DNA from: Dissulfuribacterales bacterium
Lineage (GTDB): Bacteria; Desulfobacterota; Dissulfuribacteria; Dissulfuribacterales; DYLC01
Direction of reading: 5' to 3'
Length of the DNA stretch: 64,000 bases
Assembly (NCBI GenBank): GCA_041287365.1
Contig: JBEULL010000033.1
Coordinates: 84,535-148,534, forward strand
A program made the translations under genes and the position numbers. The notes under the pieces were generated by a model. It ran no database searches. It was not told where the DNA came from and worked only from the letters and a program-made list of their open reading frames with translations. Of this stretch, positions 1-10,020 are shown piece after piece; the stretch's first letter is position 1, and every line of letters starts with the position of its first letter.

Positions 1-1320
1 GACGGTGGACTGCTGCTCCCTCAAACCATTCCAACCGTCACAACCGAAACATTGCAGGAATGGTCCCAGTTCGACTATGCGGACCTGGCATTTCAGATAA
101 TCCGTCTTTTCGCCACGGACATACCAGAAAAAGACCTGCGGAAACTCATCGACACCTCGTATACCTTCTTCGACACACCTGAAGTCACACCGCTGATAAG
201 TGCAGACGACCTGCACATTCTGGAGCTGTTTCACGGCCCGACCCTGGCATTCAAGGACATCGCCCTGCAATTTCTGGGCAATCTCTTCGCCTACATACTG
301 GAAAAGCGAGGCGGCAGGCTGAACATACTGGGTGCCACATCAGGAGATACCGGAAGCGCCGCCATTTACGGCGTCAAAGGCAAAAAAAACATCAATATCT
401 TCATTTTGCATCCGCACAATCGGGTAAGCCCCATACAGGCCTTACAGATGACCACGGTGCCAGATGCCAACGTGTTCAACATAGCCATAGAAGGCACATT
501 CGATGACTGCCAGGCCATAGTCAAAACCATCTTCAACGATCTGAAATTCAAAGAAAAACATCAGCTTGGAGCAGTAAACTCCATCAACTGGGCGCGAGTA
601 ATGGCACAGGTGGTCTATTACATCTATGCCTGTCTCAGGTTAGGCGGCACACCATCCAATCCAGTGCATTTCGCCGTGCCCACAGGCAATTTCGGCGATA
701 TCTTTGCGGGATATATAGCCAAAAGAATGCTGCAAGGCCGCATCGGCAAGCTCATTTTGGCAACCAACGAAAACGACATCCTTGCCCGTTTTCTCACCGA
801 AGGCCGCTACAAAAAGGCCCGACAGGTCATTCCAACCATCAGTCCGTCCATGGACATACAGATAGCCAGCAATTTCGAACGCTACATGTATTACCTGATG
901 AACGAATCGGGAGAACGAGTAAAAGAGGCCATGAGCGACTTTGAACGACAGGGTGAGATTGTCTTCAACACAGAACAGATGGCCATGGCACGAAACGACA
1001 TGACAACCCTTGCAGTGAACCAGGGGCTCACCACGCAGACCATCGGAGATTTCTACCGCAAAACCGGCTACATCCTCGATCCCCACACCGCTGTGGGAGT
1101 GGCAGCTGCCATGGTACACAGGGGGCATCTTCAAGGCCACATCGTATGTCTTGCCACCGCACACCCAGCCAAATTTGCTAATGCAGTGAAGGAGGCAACG
1201 GGCATGGAACCGTCACGTCCAGCAGTTCTAAATGGGATTGAGGCAAAACCCCAACGCCTTACGGTGATGCCATGCTCAGTGAACGAGATCAAGGCATTCG
1301 TGCAGCAACACGCCTTATAA
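1..1320 (+). CDS. thrC: Threonine synthase, 5' end outside the window
   Basis: Frame 1 is open from base 1 (DGGLLLPQTIP precedes the first Met at 52). Has the PLP-lysine motif HGPTLAFKD and GATSGDTGSAA, both typical of threonine synthase. Confidence 0.9.
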   Translation, partial: DGGLLLPQTIPTVTTETLQEWSQFDYADLAFQIIRLFATDIPEKDLRKLIDTSYTFFDTPEVTPLISADDLHILELFHGPTLAFKDIALQFLGNLFAYILEKRGGRLNILGATSGDTGSAAIYGVKGKKNINIFILHPHNRVSPIQALQMTTVPDANVFNIAIEGTFDDCQAIVKTIFNDLKFKEKHQLGAVNSINWARVMAQVVYYIYACLRLGGTPSNPVHFAVPTGNFGDIFAGYIAKRMLQGRIGKLILATNENDILARFLTEGRYKKARQVIPTISPSMDIQIASNFERYMYYLMNESGERVKEAMSDFERQGEIVFNTEQMAMARNDMTTLAVNQGLTTQTIGDFYRKTGYILDPHTAVGVAAAMVHRGHLQGHIVCLATAHPAKFANAVKEATGMEPSRPAVLNGIEAKPQRLTVMPCSVNEIKAFVQQHAL

Positions 1321-1322
1321 TT

Positions 1323-2258
1323 TTACAGTCCAGCCTCTTTGAGCTGCTGAAGCAGGTCTTTCTGCCGTTGAGTCAGCCGTTTGGGGACGTGTATAAAAAA
1401 TTGAATATACTGGTCTCCCCTTTTACCCGATCCATCAGGCAACCCCTTACCCTGTAAGCGCAAACGCTGACCAGCACCCGTGCCGCCAGCAGGCACCTTT
1501 ACGCGCACCTTACTCCCCTCTATTGTGGGCACCTCTATCTCGGTCCCGAGACATGCGTCACTGAATGAAATCTCCTGTTCCAATGTCACATCCACACCCT
1601 GTATTCTGAAACGGCCGTCATCCTGAGGCGTGATAAGCAGATACAGATCACCTCTTCCACCAGGGCCATAATTTCCTTTCCCTGCCAATCTAATCTTTTT
1701 ACCAGGGCACACACCCGCGGGTATCCTGACCGAAAGCCTTTCCTGTCTGCCACCATCGCCCAGCATGATGAGCTTCTGACAACCTTCCAGCATCTCTTTT
1801 GGTGTCAGGGCCATTTCCAGCACCAGATCCTGGCCCTTGGGTGAGGCCTGCTGAAAGTGCTCTCCGAAATCAGGGCCTGCCCCCACATTGAAAATACTCG
1901 AGAAGAAGTCTTCGAAATTCATGCCTACCCTGGTACCGCCATACTGTTGTTTGAAACGGCCACCCATGCCGATGTCCCTGAATACATTGCCGAAATCGAA
2001 GTTTCTGAAGATATCTTCCTGAGTATAGCGCTTGTTGAAGTCTGAAGACCCAAACGTATCGTATTGTTTGCGTTTTTCAGGATCACTCAATACAGCATAG
2101 GCCTCGTTTATCTCTTTGAAGCGCTCCTCGGCCTGTTTATCGCCCTTGTTTTTATCTGGATGATATTTCATGGCATGTTTGCGAAAGGCCTTTTTTATTT
2201 CATCGGCAGAGGCTGCACGAGAAACACCAAGTATCTTGTAATAATCCTTTTCAGGCAT
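1323..2258 (-). CDS. DnaJ-class J-domain protein without a zinc finger (CbpA-like)
   Basis: N-terminal J domain (DYYKILGV...[10 protein letters not shown]...[21 protein letters not shown]), a Gly/Phe-rich linker and DnaJ C-terminal substrate-binding repeats. No CxxCxGxG motifs. Confidence 0.85.
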   Translation of the reverse strand: MPEKDYYKILGVSRAASADEIKKAFRKHAMKYHPDKNKGDKQAEERFKEINEAYAVLSDPEKRKQYDTFGSSDFNKRYTQEDIFRNFDFGNVFRDIGMGGRFKQQYGGTRVGMNFEDFFSSIFNVGAGPDFGEHFQQASPKGQDLVLEMALTPKEMLEGCQKLIMLGDGGRQERLSVRIPAGVCPGKKIRLAGKGNYGPGGRGDLYLLITPQDDGRFRIQGVDVTLEQEISFSDACLGTEIEVPTIEGSKVRVKVPAGGTGAGQRLRLQGKGLPDGSGKRGDQYIQFFIHVPKRLTQRQKDLLQQLKEAGL

Positions 2259-2480
2259 ACACCCCCCTTTTGGAACCTTAAAAAATCAAAAAACAACTAA
2301 ATCGACACATAGAATGTCTATGGAATGAGACGGTCCAATTTTCAATGTCACCTTCAGTGAATTTTAACAAAATTTAAGGATACAAACGACAAAGTCAACA
2401 AAGATCTGCAATGCAGAGGCATAAACCCATCAAAAGTGAGTGGCGAGCAAAAAACGGGGAATAAGAAGAAAGAAATAAAT

Positions 2481-2554
2481 TGGCTGGGGGACAGGGATTC
2501 GAACCCCGATAAGCAATTCCAGAGACTGCTGTCCTGCCGTTAGACGATCCCCCA
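2481..2554 (-). tRNA. tRNA-Gln (anticodon CUG)
   Basis: The reverse complement reads TGGGGGATCGTCTAACGG...GCAGT-CTCTGGA-ATTGC...CGGGGTTCGAATCCCTGTCCCCCAGCCA. It folds by hand as a cloverleaf with a 7-bp acceptor stem, a GTTCGAATC T-loop, anticodon loop CUCUGGA and an encoded CCA. Confidence 0.85.
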
Positions 2555-2638
2555 GCGGCATATGCCTTCTTCGTTAAAGGCGAGGCATATCTTAACCAGA
2601 GAAACTCAAGCCTGTCAAGAGAAAGACAAAAATGAACA

Positions 2639-3646
2639 TCAATAGGACCTTCTCGAGGCCATGTACAGAATGAGGTCGAGCACTCGATTGGAATAACCCC
2701 ACTCGTTATCATACCAGGCCATCACCTTTACCAGCCTGTCACCCATGACCTTGGTGCACAATCCATCCACTATGGAAGAATGTTGATCTCCGAGAAAATC
2801 GGTTGAAACCAGGGGTTCCTCCGTATAGCCCAGAAAACGGTTTGCGGCGGTCTTCAAAGCCGTATTGACCTCTGGAACGGTGGTATTCCTTTCCACCTGA
2901 ACCACCAGATCCACCACAGACACATCTGGAGTGGGCACACGCACGGCAAGGCCGTCCAGCTTGCCAGTGAGCTCCGGAATAACCTTGCTCACAGCCGAGG
3001 CAGCACCCGTCTTGGTGGGAATCATGTTCACGGCAGCGGCCCTGGCCCTGCGCAGGTCTTTGTGGGGGAAATCAAGAATGCGCTGGTCGTTGGTGTAGGC
3101 ATGCACGGTTGTCATCAGGCCGTGCACGATACCGAAATTTTCCAGCAACACCTTGGCCACAGGCGCCAGACAATTGGTGGTGCAAGAGGCATTGGATACT
3201 ATGTTGTGATGAACAGGGTCGTAGTCGTCTTCATTGACGCCCATGACAATGGTCTTGTCCTCGTTCTTACCCGGAGCGGACAGCACCACCTTCTGTGCTC
3301 CGGCCTCCAGATGTCCTCGGGCAAGAGCCGCATCCGTAAACCTGCCGGTGGCCTCCACCACATATTCCGCACCCACTTCGTCCCAACGGAGTTCCGAGGG
3401 CTCTTTGATGGCGGTAACGCGAATCTCTCTGTCGTTTATAACAAGATTGCTGCCGGATGTCCGCACCTCGGCGCTGAAACGACCCATGACCGAATCATAT
3501 TTTAGAAGATGAGCCAGTGTTTCGGCGTCAGTCAGGTCGTTGATGGCGGCAATCTCTATATCCTTAAATTCTGGATAGATAAATGCCGCCCGCACAATGT
3601 TTCTACCTATTCTGCCAAAACCATTGATTCCTACTTTAACGGCCAT
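2639..3646 (-). CDS. gap: Glyceraldehyde-3-phosphate dehydrogenase, type I
   Basis: 335 aa. INGFGRIGR NAD-binding start and the catalytic motif SNASCTTNCLAP; WYDNEWGYS near the C-terminus. Confidence 0.95.
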   Translation of the reverse strand: MAVKVGINGFGRIGRNIVRAAFIYPEFKDIEIAAINDLTDAETLAHLLKYDSVMGRFSAEVRTSGSNLVINDREIRVTAIKEPSELRWDEVGAEYVVEATGRFTDAALARGHLEAGAQKVVLSAPGKNEDKTIVMGVNEDDYDPVHHNIVSNASCTTNCLAPVAKVLLENFGIVHGLMTTVHAYTNDQRILDFPHKDLRRARAAAVNMIPTKTGAASAVSKVIPELTGKLDGLAVRVPTPDVSVVDLVVQVERNTTVPEVNTALKTAANRFLGYTEEPLVSTDFLGDQHSSIVDGLCTKVMGDRLVKVMAWYDNEWGYSNRVLDLILYMASRRSY

Positions 3647-3659
3647 ACTACACCTCCAT

Positions 3660-4079
3660 TCATATATTTTTGGTCATCACATAATCCGCTGAGGAACCAG
3701 GCCCGCCTGCCGGTTCGAAGCCCCATTTCTCATAAAAGGCTGACGCTGCCACATTATTCCTGCGCACATCCAGAACAATCCGATCACAACCACACTTACC
3801 GGCCCTGGTTATCATATGCTGCATCAGAAGGCTGCCTATGCCACGGCGACGCCAACTGCCTGAAACTGTTATATTGATTAGATAGCATTCGTTCAAGATC
3901 AACCGGAATACAATATAACCCTGCACACGATTATTTTCATCACATATCAACCAGAACTCTGAATCCGTTCTGTCCAATTCTGAAACGAAATCGTTTAAGG
4001 TCCAAGGAGTGGCATGGGATACCGCTTCGATAGCGCAAATCTGCTGAAGATCAAATACCGTTACCTTTCTTATTTGCAT
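3660..4079 (-). CDS. rimI: GNAT acetyltransferase, RimI-like (ribosomal-protein-alanine N-acetyltransferase)
   Basis: Acetyl-CoA site motif RRRGIGSLLM with GNAT-like spacing. I chose the internal ATG at 4079 because the longer ORF (to 4283) would overlap rpmA and cross a terminator hairpin. Confidence 0.7.
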   Translation of the reverse strand: MQIRKVTVFDLQQICAIEAVSHATPWTLNDFVSELDRTDSEFWLICDENNRVQGYIVFRLILNECYLINITVSGSWRRRGIGSLLMQHMITRAGKCGCDRIVLDVRRNNVAASAFYEKWGFEPAGGPGSSADYVMTKNI

Positions 4080-4092
4080 GAGCCACAGACAC

Positions 4093-4122
4093 AAAAAAAG
4101 CGGTTGTGAAAACCGCTTTTTT
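4093..4122 (-). terminator. Rho-independent terminator downstream of rpmA
   Basis: Stem AGCGGTT / AACCGCT with a 5-nt loop, flanked by A6 on one side and T6 on the other, so it has a U-tract on either strand. Located 28 nt after the rpmA stop. Confidence 0.65.
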
Positions 4123-4149
4123 AAATTAACAAACAGTTGAATATCTATT

Positions 4150-4431
4150 TTACTCGGCTGCCTGAGAGACTGCCGAAGATGTTGCCGGATAGACGCTGAC
4201 TCGCATTTTGTTGCGCCACATCTCGAACTTAACCTGACCTTCGCTCTTGGCAAACAGGGTGTAATCCTTGCCCATCCCCACATTGATACCAGGATAGAAT
4301 TTTGTACCCACCTGTCTTACTAAAATATTGCCGGGGATGACGTACTCCCCGCCGAATTTCTTGACACCACGACGTTGACCTGCGCTGTCACGACCGTTTC
4401 TTGAACTTCCTCCAGCTTTCTTATGCGCCAT
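4150..4431 (-). CDS. rpmA: 50S ribosomal protein L27
   Basis: [24 protein letters not shown] is the canonical L27 N-terminus. 93 aa. Confidence 0.95.
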   Translation of the reverse strand: MAHKKAGGSSRNGRDSAGQRRGVKKFGGEYVIPGNILVRQVGTKFYPGINVGMGKDYTLFAKSEGQVKFEMWRNKMRVSVYPATSSAVSQAAE

Positions 4432-4440
4432 ATTCTCCTC

Positions 4441-4752
4441 CTATGCAGAAATCGCCTTGACCTCAAGGGCGGTGTAAGGCTGTCTATGACCTTTCTTGAC
4501 CTTTGAAGCCTTGCGTCTTCTCTTTTTCATCATGACCAGCTTGTCGCCAAGGCCGTGCTCCAGAACCTCGGCCTTTACAGATGCATCCGCCACCACAGGC
4601 TTACCGATTTTGACATCGCTGTCATTTACGACCATCAGGACATCCTTGAGCTCTACGGTAGCACCCACTTCATAAGGCAAGCGTTCTACGCGCAATACCT
4701 CGCCCTGAAAAACCTTATATTGTTTTCCGCCTGTTTTGATAACTGCGTACAT
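4441..4752 (-). CDS. rplU: 50S ribosomal protein L21
   Basis: MYAVIKTGGKQYKV is an L21 N-terminus. I prefer the ATG at 4752, with GGAGG 6 nt upstream, over the TTG at 4758 listed in the ORF track. Confidence 0.92.
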   Translation of the reverse strand: MYAVIKTGGKQYKVFQGEVLRVERLPYEVGATVELKDVLMVVNDSDVKIGKPVVADASVKAEVLEHGLGDKLVMMKKRRRKASKVKKGHRQPYTALEVKAISA

Positions 4753-4786
4753 ATTCAACCTCCGCTATGTCTCAAATGAGCTTTGA

Positions 4787-4815
4787 AAAATAATTGGAAA
4801 ACTGAAGGATGTCAA
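4787..4815 (-). promoter_or_regulatory. Candidate sigma-70 promoter of rplU-rpmA
   Basis: On the minus strand, TTGACA (4815-4810), a 17-nt spacer, then TATTTT (4792-4787), about 35 nt upstream of the rplU start. Confidence 0.45.
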
Positions 4816-4863
4816 GGGCAACGGCAAAAAATGTTATGGACTACGGTAAAAACACAGCAAGAC

Positions 4864-5556
4864 CTACCCCTGCAAAAATATAGGGGGTTCAACCCCAAGC
4901 TCCTCGCCACAGCCCTTGCAGGCCTCCAGAAGCAGGAGCCTGGCAGGGCGGTCAGAGTGCGAGTGCACGAACCTGATGCGTTTCGGCTCCAGTCCGTACA
5001 ACCTGCATGACACTATGGCCTTTGCGGTCAACGCCGCTGGATAAATGAACCAGAACCTGCCGCCTGTGCACAAGACATAGGCAGCAGCCCTGCAAAGCCC
5101 GTTAAAATCCATCAAAATCTCGTGCCTGGCCAGGGCATCGCAGGAATCGAGACATATTCGACCTGTTTCAGGCCGTCTGTAGGGAGGATTGGAGATGACA
5201 TAATCGAAGGATTCTGGCAGGACATACTCTTCCACACGGCTAAAATCCGCAAGTCGAATCTCAACACGATGGCTCATACCGTTGTCAATCACATTTTGTG
5301 CAGCGCAGGCATACAGTATCTCCTGCAACTCCATGCCCGACACCTTAATATCCGAATGTCTTTTCGCCAGAATAAGTGAAATGACTCCGCATCCCGCACC
5401 AAGCTCTAACAGACTGGCATCCCGTTTACGAATCTGCACGAAATCCGCCAAAAGCAGGGCATCAATGGAAAAACGATATCCTTTCACCGGCTGCCAGAGC
5501 CTCAGACCCTCAGACTTGAGTTCGGTAAGGGAGAGATTGGCATTCACGGATTTCAT
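4864..5556 (-). CDS. SAM-dependent N6-adenine methyltransferase, YfiC/TrmN6-like
   Basis: LELGAGCGVISL SAM-binding motif and the NPPY motif (ISNPPYRRP). Start set at the ATG at 5556 (GGAGA RBS) rather than the upstream extension that overlaps dtd. Confidence 0.75.
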   Translation of the reverse strand: MKSVNANLSLTELKSEGLRLWQPVKGYRFSIDALLLADFVQIRKRDASLLELGAGCGVISLILAKRHSDIKVSGMELQEILYACAAQNVIDNGMSHRVEIRLADFSRVEEYVLPESFDYVISNPPYRRPETGRICLDSCDALARHEILMDFNGLCRAAAYVLCTGGRFWFIYPAALTAKAIVSCRLYGLEPKRIRFVHSHSDRPARLLLLEACKGCGEELGVEPPIFLQG

Positions 5557-5593
5557 GTTATTCTCCAAAAAATTCCAGGCAGGAGCAAACAAC

Positions 5594-6043
5594 ATGCGGG
5601 CAGTATTCCAACGGGTCAAGGAGGCATGGGTGCGAGTCAATACTGAGGAAATTGCGAGGATTGCATACGGCGCCCTGATACTTCTGGGTGTGGAACAGGG
5701 CGATACAGAGGCAGACGCCCAATTCCTGGCGGAAAAATGTGCCGGGCTCAGGGTATTTGATGACAGTCATGGCAAACTCAATCTCTCCATTCAGGATATA
5801 CAGGGTGAATTCCTCGTGGTTTCTCAATTTACACTGCTTGGAGACTGCAAAAAAGGCCGCAGACCGTCCTACATTCAGGCAGCCCCACCGGAAGAAGGGA
5901 AAAGACTCTACGAACACTTTTGCACACTGCTAAAAGAAAAAGGTTTCTCGGTTCAGCAAGGCAGGTTTCAGGCAGAGATGGATGTGGGGCTCATAAACCA
6001 TGGCCCTGTCACCCTTTTGCTCGACAGCAGGAAGACATTGTAA
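5594..6043 (+). CDS. dtd: D-aminoacyl-tRNA (D-Tyr-tRNA) deacylase
   Basis: MRAVFQRV...SQFTLLGDCKKGRRPSY...NHGPVTLLLDS are signature Dtd motifs. AGGAG lies 8 nt before the ATG at 5594. About 149 aa. Confidence 0.9.
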   Translation: MRAVFQRVKEAWVRVNTEEIARIAYGALILLGVEQGDTEADAQFLAEKCAGLRVFDDSHGKLNLSIQDIQGEFLVVSQFTLLGDCKKGRRPSYIQAAPPEEGKRLYEHFCTLLKEKGFSVQQGRFQAEMDVGLINHGPVTLLLDSRKTL

Positions 6044-6074
6044 CCACAAAAAGCCACTAACCTCAGAACGGCCG

Positions 6075-6998
6075 CTACAATGCCGGAATGGATAGATAGA
6101 ACAATCTTTTGATCTCCTGCCTGCCGCGCGTGACAGTATTCAGTACCAATCCGCACACAAGGCTCAAAAAAGCCAATATCATGAGCCCCATGGACAGAAA
6201 CGCCGTAGGGAATCGCGGTACAAGTCCTGTTTGCAAGTAGGTAGTTATGATAGGTACGGAAAGCCCTACGGATGTCAATGCCAAAAACAACCCAAGCAGG
6301 CTGAAGAACAACAAGGGCCTTTCCTGCTCCAGAAGCTTGATGATGGTGAGCAAAATACGAATGCCGTCCCTGTATGTATGCAGTTTACTTTGAGATCCTG
6401 GCGGTCTGGATTTGTAAGGGGTCTTGAGCTCAGCGGTGGGCATACGAAGCTGCAGGGCATGCACGGTGAGTTCAGTCTCTGTTTCAAATCCGGTGGAAAG
6501 TGCTGGAAAACTCTTGGCGAATCTGCGAGAGAAGACTCGGTAGCCGGAAAGCATGTCCGTAAACGACCTGCCGAACAGCTCAGTGACACAACCCGTCAAC
6601 AGAAGATTACCGAAACGATGGCCGGTTCTGTAAGCCGCCTCCTCTTCCGTGACCCTTACACCCACTACCATATCAAATTTGCCTGAAATCAGCAGTTCTA
6701 TCATTTTAGGCGCGCTCTCGGAGTCATAGGTGTCGTCACCGTCCACCATCACATATACATCCGCCTCCACATCCGCAAACATACGGCGCACCACATTGCC
6801 CTTGCCCTGCTGCTTGACGGTATAGACTGTTGCGCCGGCGCGAGCCGCTTCTTCACTGGTTCTGTCTTGGGAATTGTTATCAAATACATATATCTTCGCA
6901 TAAGGCAAGGCACGCCTGAAATCAGATACCACCTTGAATATGGCCGCTTCTTCATTGTAACATGGTATAACTACTGCAATTTTTGGCTCGCTTTGCAT
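6075..6998 (-). CDS. Family 2 glycosyltransferase with a C-terminal membrane anchor (polyprenyl-phosphate sugar transferase type, GtrB/ArnC-like)
   Basis: VVIPCYNEE...DNNSQDRT...VDGDDTYD is the GT2 DXD region, and there are two C-terminal hydrophobic helices. The ATG at 6998 has an AAGGAGGAA RBS. An alternative ATG at 7022 overlaps the upstream stop as ATGA. Confidence 0.8.
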   Translation of the reverse strand: MQSEPKIAVVIPCYNEEAAIFKVVSDFRRALPYAKIYVFDNNSQDRTSEEAARAGATVYTVKQQGKGNVVRRMFADVEADVYVMVDGDDTYDSESAPKMIELLISGKFDMVVGVRVTEEEAAYRTGHRFGNLLLTGCVTELFGRSFTDMLSGYRVFSRRFAKSFPALSTGFETETELTVHALQLRMPTAELKTPYKSRPPGSQSKLHTYRDGIRILLTIIKLLEQERPLLFFSLLGLFLALTSVGLSVPIITTYLQTGLVPRFPTAFLSMGLMILAFLSLVCGLVLNTVTRGRQEIKRLFYLSIPAL

Positions 6999-7018
6999 GT
7001 TTCCTCCTTGCATTGTTG

Positions 7019-8650
7019 TCATCGTTTGGCCACCTTTTCCAGTCTACAAAACATCAGAACTCCTTCACAACACTGATCGATATGTGGTTTCATGGGCTGA
7101 CATTCGTCCTTTATTAAATGCAAACCATATGCCTTTGTAGCCGAAACAGCCGTAGTTTCATCCATGGAACGATATAGCACGTATATAGGTCCGGAGTGCT
7201 CAAATATTCTGCGCTGCATGAGCAGGTCATAACCGTTGGGATGGTCTGAAGGCCCTGTAAAATAGCTGTGAATGCGCAAAAATGGAATATTTGAAGGAAA
7301 ATATGGAATCAAATAGGCCATGGGCTCATATCCGGTCATCAAAACGAGGGTATGATTTGCATCAGGTATGTGAGGAAGCTGCACTCCAAAATAGTCCTTG
7401 GCATTTGGCTGCCATGGCACTCGATCCCAGGCAAGAGGCTTGGTGGTGACCAACAGTACCGCTGCAAAAAGCCACCAGATACGAAATGACTGCCGAAGAT
7501 TCTGCATAACGGCATAGAACAAGAGAAAAAGGGCCAACGGAGCAAACATCTCCAATGGGACGATGTATCGGTATATGGCAAAGACCTTCAGCCACAAAAG
7601 ATACGAGATGGCGCAGAAGGCCAGCACAAGGCGTATCGAGGCAGGGAAATACCTTTGCATCAAATCCTTGTCTTTCAATCTCAGCACCAATGCGGCGATC
7701 AAACCCGCAACTACCACCAGATAGAAAAACGCCAGGCGCAGGTCGAAAAACGCCACCTCACCCGCCTGATATGGGTCCTTGAGCAGAATAAAGGGCATGA
7801 ACAGCCATTCCTGCCAGCCATTCGGCAGAAAACGGGCGTCCCTGTATGCGTCCTGAAAGGCCATGGGCGATTTGAAGATGTGATTGTAATAGGGGAAAAG
7901 AGGGTTTCCAAACCGATGCCACATCTCCCAAAGCCAATAGCCACCCGTAATCGCCATGCCCACCAATGCCGTAATACCAAAGACAAAGGCCCAAAGCAGC
8001 CCGCGACGCAGACCCTGGAGTATAAAGAGCAGCGAAAGACACATGCCCAGTGCAAAGACCGCAGTGGTCTGCTTGAAGCCCATGGCAAGGCCGCACAAAA
8101 GGCCGGCAATAGCCACAGGCAAAAGACGACCGGAGGAAATGGCCGAAATAGAGGCATAAAGGGCTGTAAGAATGAGAATGCTCAAGATGTTGTCACTAAA
8201 CATGGTGCCCAATTCAGAGACATTGCCAGCGCCCAAAAGGCCCAAAACAGCTATACAAAAGGCGATGATGGGCATGCGCAGCCCCTTTTCTTCAACCCAC
8301 TGACTCAATCCTTTTTGAACTTCGGCTAAAAGTCTTTTTGCCATCAGATAAAGCGGTATAAAATTCAGGCCTTGAATCAGACCCAGAAGAAAACCCACCA
8401 GCTTGGGTGGAAGGGTTACCACCATCCAATAAAACGGCACATAAAGGATGGGGTTATAAAAGGTGGCAACATGGGCCGGAGCCACGTCCACATCCATTCT
8501 GCCGTAAAGAAAGGCATAGGGATTGTAAAAGTGATAGTTTCGCAGGTCCCAATTGGCATCCTGGCCTAAAAATACGGCAAAAAGGCCAAAACAGATGGGA
8601 ACGACTATGTAACCTGTGAGTTCCAGATAACGCAATTTAGAAGAAGACAT
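7019..8650 (-). CDS. Polytopic membrane protein, probable GT-C fold glycosyltransferase (ArnT/PMT-like)
   Basis: More than 10 predicted hydrophobic helices, with an early periplasmic-loop motif DANWDLRNYHFYNPYAF. Lies immediately upstream of, and coupled to, the GT2 gene. The start is uncertain (ATG 8650 or GTG 8713). Confidence 0.5.
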   Translation of the reverse strand: MSSSKLRYLELTGYIVVPICFGLFAVFLGQDANWDLRNYHFYNPYAFLYGRMDVDVAPAHVATFYNPILYVPFYWMVVTLPPKLVGFLLGLIQGLNFIPLYLMAKRLLAEVQKGLSQWVEEKGLRMPIIAFCIAVLGLLGAGNVSELGTMFSDNILSILILTALYASISAISSGRLLPVAIAGLLCGLAMGFKQTTAVFALGMCLSLLFILQGLRRGLLWAFVFGITALVGMAITGGYWLWEMWHRFGNPLFPYYNHIFKSPMAFQDAYRDARFLPNGWQEWLFMPFILLKDPYQAGEVAFFDLRLAFFYLVVVAGLIAALVLRLKDKDLMQRYFPASIRLVLAFCAISYLLWLKVFAIYRYIVPLEMFAPLALFLLFYAVMQNLRQSFRIWWLFAAVLLVTTKPLAWDRVPWQPNAKDYFGVQLPHIPDANHTLVLMTGYEPMAYLIPYFPSNIPFLRIHSYFTGPSDHPNGYDLLMQRRIFEHSGPIYVLYRSMDETTAVSATKAYGLHLIKDECQPMKPHIDQCCEGVLMFCRLEKVAKR

Positions 8651-8723
8651 GATGCAAGGCCGTTGACGGCTGTTAATCCGAAATTGAAAATAAAATACTG
8701 CAAAAGAAAACACCAGTTATTTT

Positions 8724-9794
8724 TCAATTGACAGCGCCTTCAGAAACACAGGCTGCGGTAAAAGTAGCCATCTCCGAATATATCTTGATTCCGGCATCCA
8801 CGAGATTCATGGCAAGGGCGGCGCCCGTGCCCTCACCAAGCCGCAGATCCAGATCCAACAACGGCTCAAGCCCCATGAAATCCAACTGAATTCGATGCCC
8901 CTGCTCCACCGAACGATGGGCTGCAAAGATATAATCAGCAACAGCCTTGTTCATGGCATAAGCCACCAGGGCACCAGCGGTTGAGATGAAACCATCTATC
9001 ACCACAGGCCGCTTCATGGCGGCAGCGCCCAACACCAGACCGCAGATACCTGCTATCTCAACACCTCCCACCTTTGCCAGAACATCCAGAGGCTTTTGCG
9101 AATCTGGCAGGTTCGTTTCAATGGCCCTGCGAATCACACCCACCTTGTGCCGCCAGGTATCCTCCGAGACCCCTGTGCCTCGGCCTGTGACCTCCGATGG
9201 CTCTTTATTGCAAATACAGGCGGTTATTGCACTGGCGGCAGTGGTATTGGCTATACCCATTTCACCGGTGGCCAAAAGGTCTATTCCTTCGTCAACAGCC
9301 TTCCTTGCCAGGTCAACGCCCACCAGCACCGCCTTTACCACCTCGTCTTCACTCATGGCAGGCCTTTTGGTCATGTTGCGTGTGCCACGCACCACCTTGG
9401 CCTGTATCAGGCCGTCCACTCCTTCAAAGTCATGGTCCACTCCTATATCCACCACGCGCACCTCGGCTCCGGCATGACGAGCCAGCACATTGATTCCTGC
9501 CCCACCTCTTAGAAAATTATAAACCATCTGAGCCGTAACCTCTTTTGGAAAGGCGCTGACACCCTCCTCCGCCACTCCATGATCTCCGGCAAATACGAAT
9601 ACCGTCTTGCGAGGGATGGTTGGTTTTAACGTATTGAAAATAAGGCAATACCGTTTAGCGATCCACTCCAGCCTGCCCAGACTGCCTCTTGGTTTGGTGA
9701 GGTTGTCCAGATGTGCCTGTATCCTGTCCTCAAGGGTATGCACCACAGGCTGAATAGAGCTAATAAGGTTAATAAGTTGCTGCATATAATCCAT
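8724..9794 (-). CDS. cobT: Nicotinate-nucleotide--dimethylbenzimidazole phosphoribosyltransferase
   Basis: 356 aa. Motifs LTKPRGSLGRLE, GEMGIANTT and LRLGEGTGAALA are typical of CobT. Confidence 0.9.
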   Translation of the reverse strand: MDYMQQLINLISSIQPVVHTLEDRIQAHLDNLTKPRGSLGRLEWIAKRYCLIFNTLKPTIPRKTVFVFAGDHGVAEEGVSAFPKEVTAQMVYNFLRGGAGINVLARHAGAEVRVVDIGVDHDFEGVDGLIQAKVVRGTRNMTKRPAMSEDEVVKAVLVGVDLARKAVDEGIDLLATGEMGIANTTAASAITACICNKEPSEVTGRGTGVSEDTWRHKVGVIRRAIETNLPDSQKPLDVLAKVGGVEIAGICGLVLGAAAMKRPVVIDGFISTAGALVAYAMNKAVADYIFAAHRSVEQGHRIQLDFMGLEPLLDLDLRLGEGTGAALAMNLVDAGIKIYSEMATFTAACVSEGAVN

Positions 9795-10020
9795 AAAATC
9801 CCCTCATAAAATCCATGAGTTCGTAAAAGTCATTTGGTGAATGACCTGAAAAAACAAATGCAAGACACTCAAATCGTTATTGTTGATGAATTCATGTGAT
9901 TTTTACCACAATTCAAACTTAAGCATTAAACATTCAACATTGCTGATCACAGTGACAAAGGATTGACCTTCAACACAGAAGTTGGCGGGCTTGTGCGATG
10001 CCATCAAAATTCGTTTAAGG

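Noticed and set aside
3660-4283. The long 207-aa version of the rimI ORF in the ORF track.
   Set aside because: The first 68 codons overlap the 3' end of rpmA in another frame and cross the rpmA terminator hairpin. GNAT homology begins at the internal Met at 4079.
5282-5593. An N-terminal 104-codon extension of the dtd ORF, and the matching 28-codon extension of the methyltransferase ORF (5557-5640).
   Set aside because: The extensions overlap each other on opposite strands and lack family similarity. Both internal ATGs have good RBS sequences and give proteins of canonical length.
9795-10020. Looked for a cobalamin riboswitch in the 226-bp gap between cobU and cobT.
   Set aside because: There is no B12-box-like core and no conserved stem pattern visible on the minus strand. 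There is only a short AT-rich hairpin (GTCATT...AATGAC). An Infernal scan would be needed to be certain.
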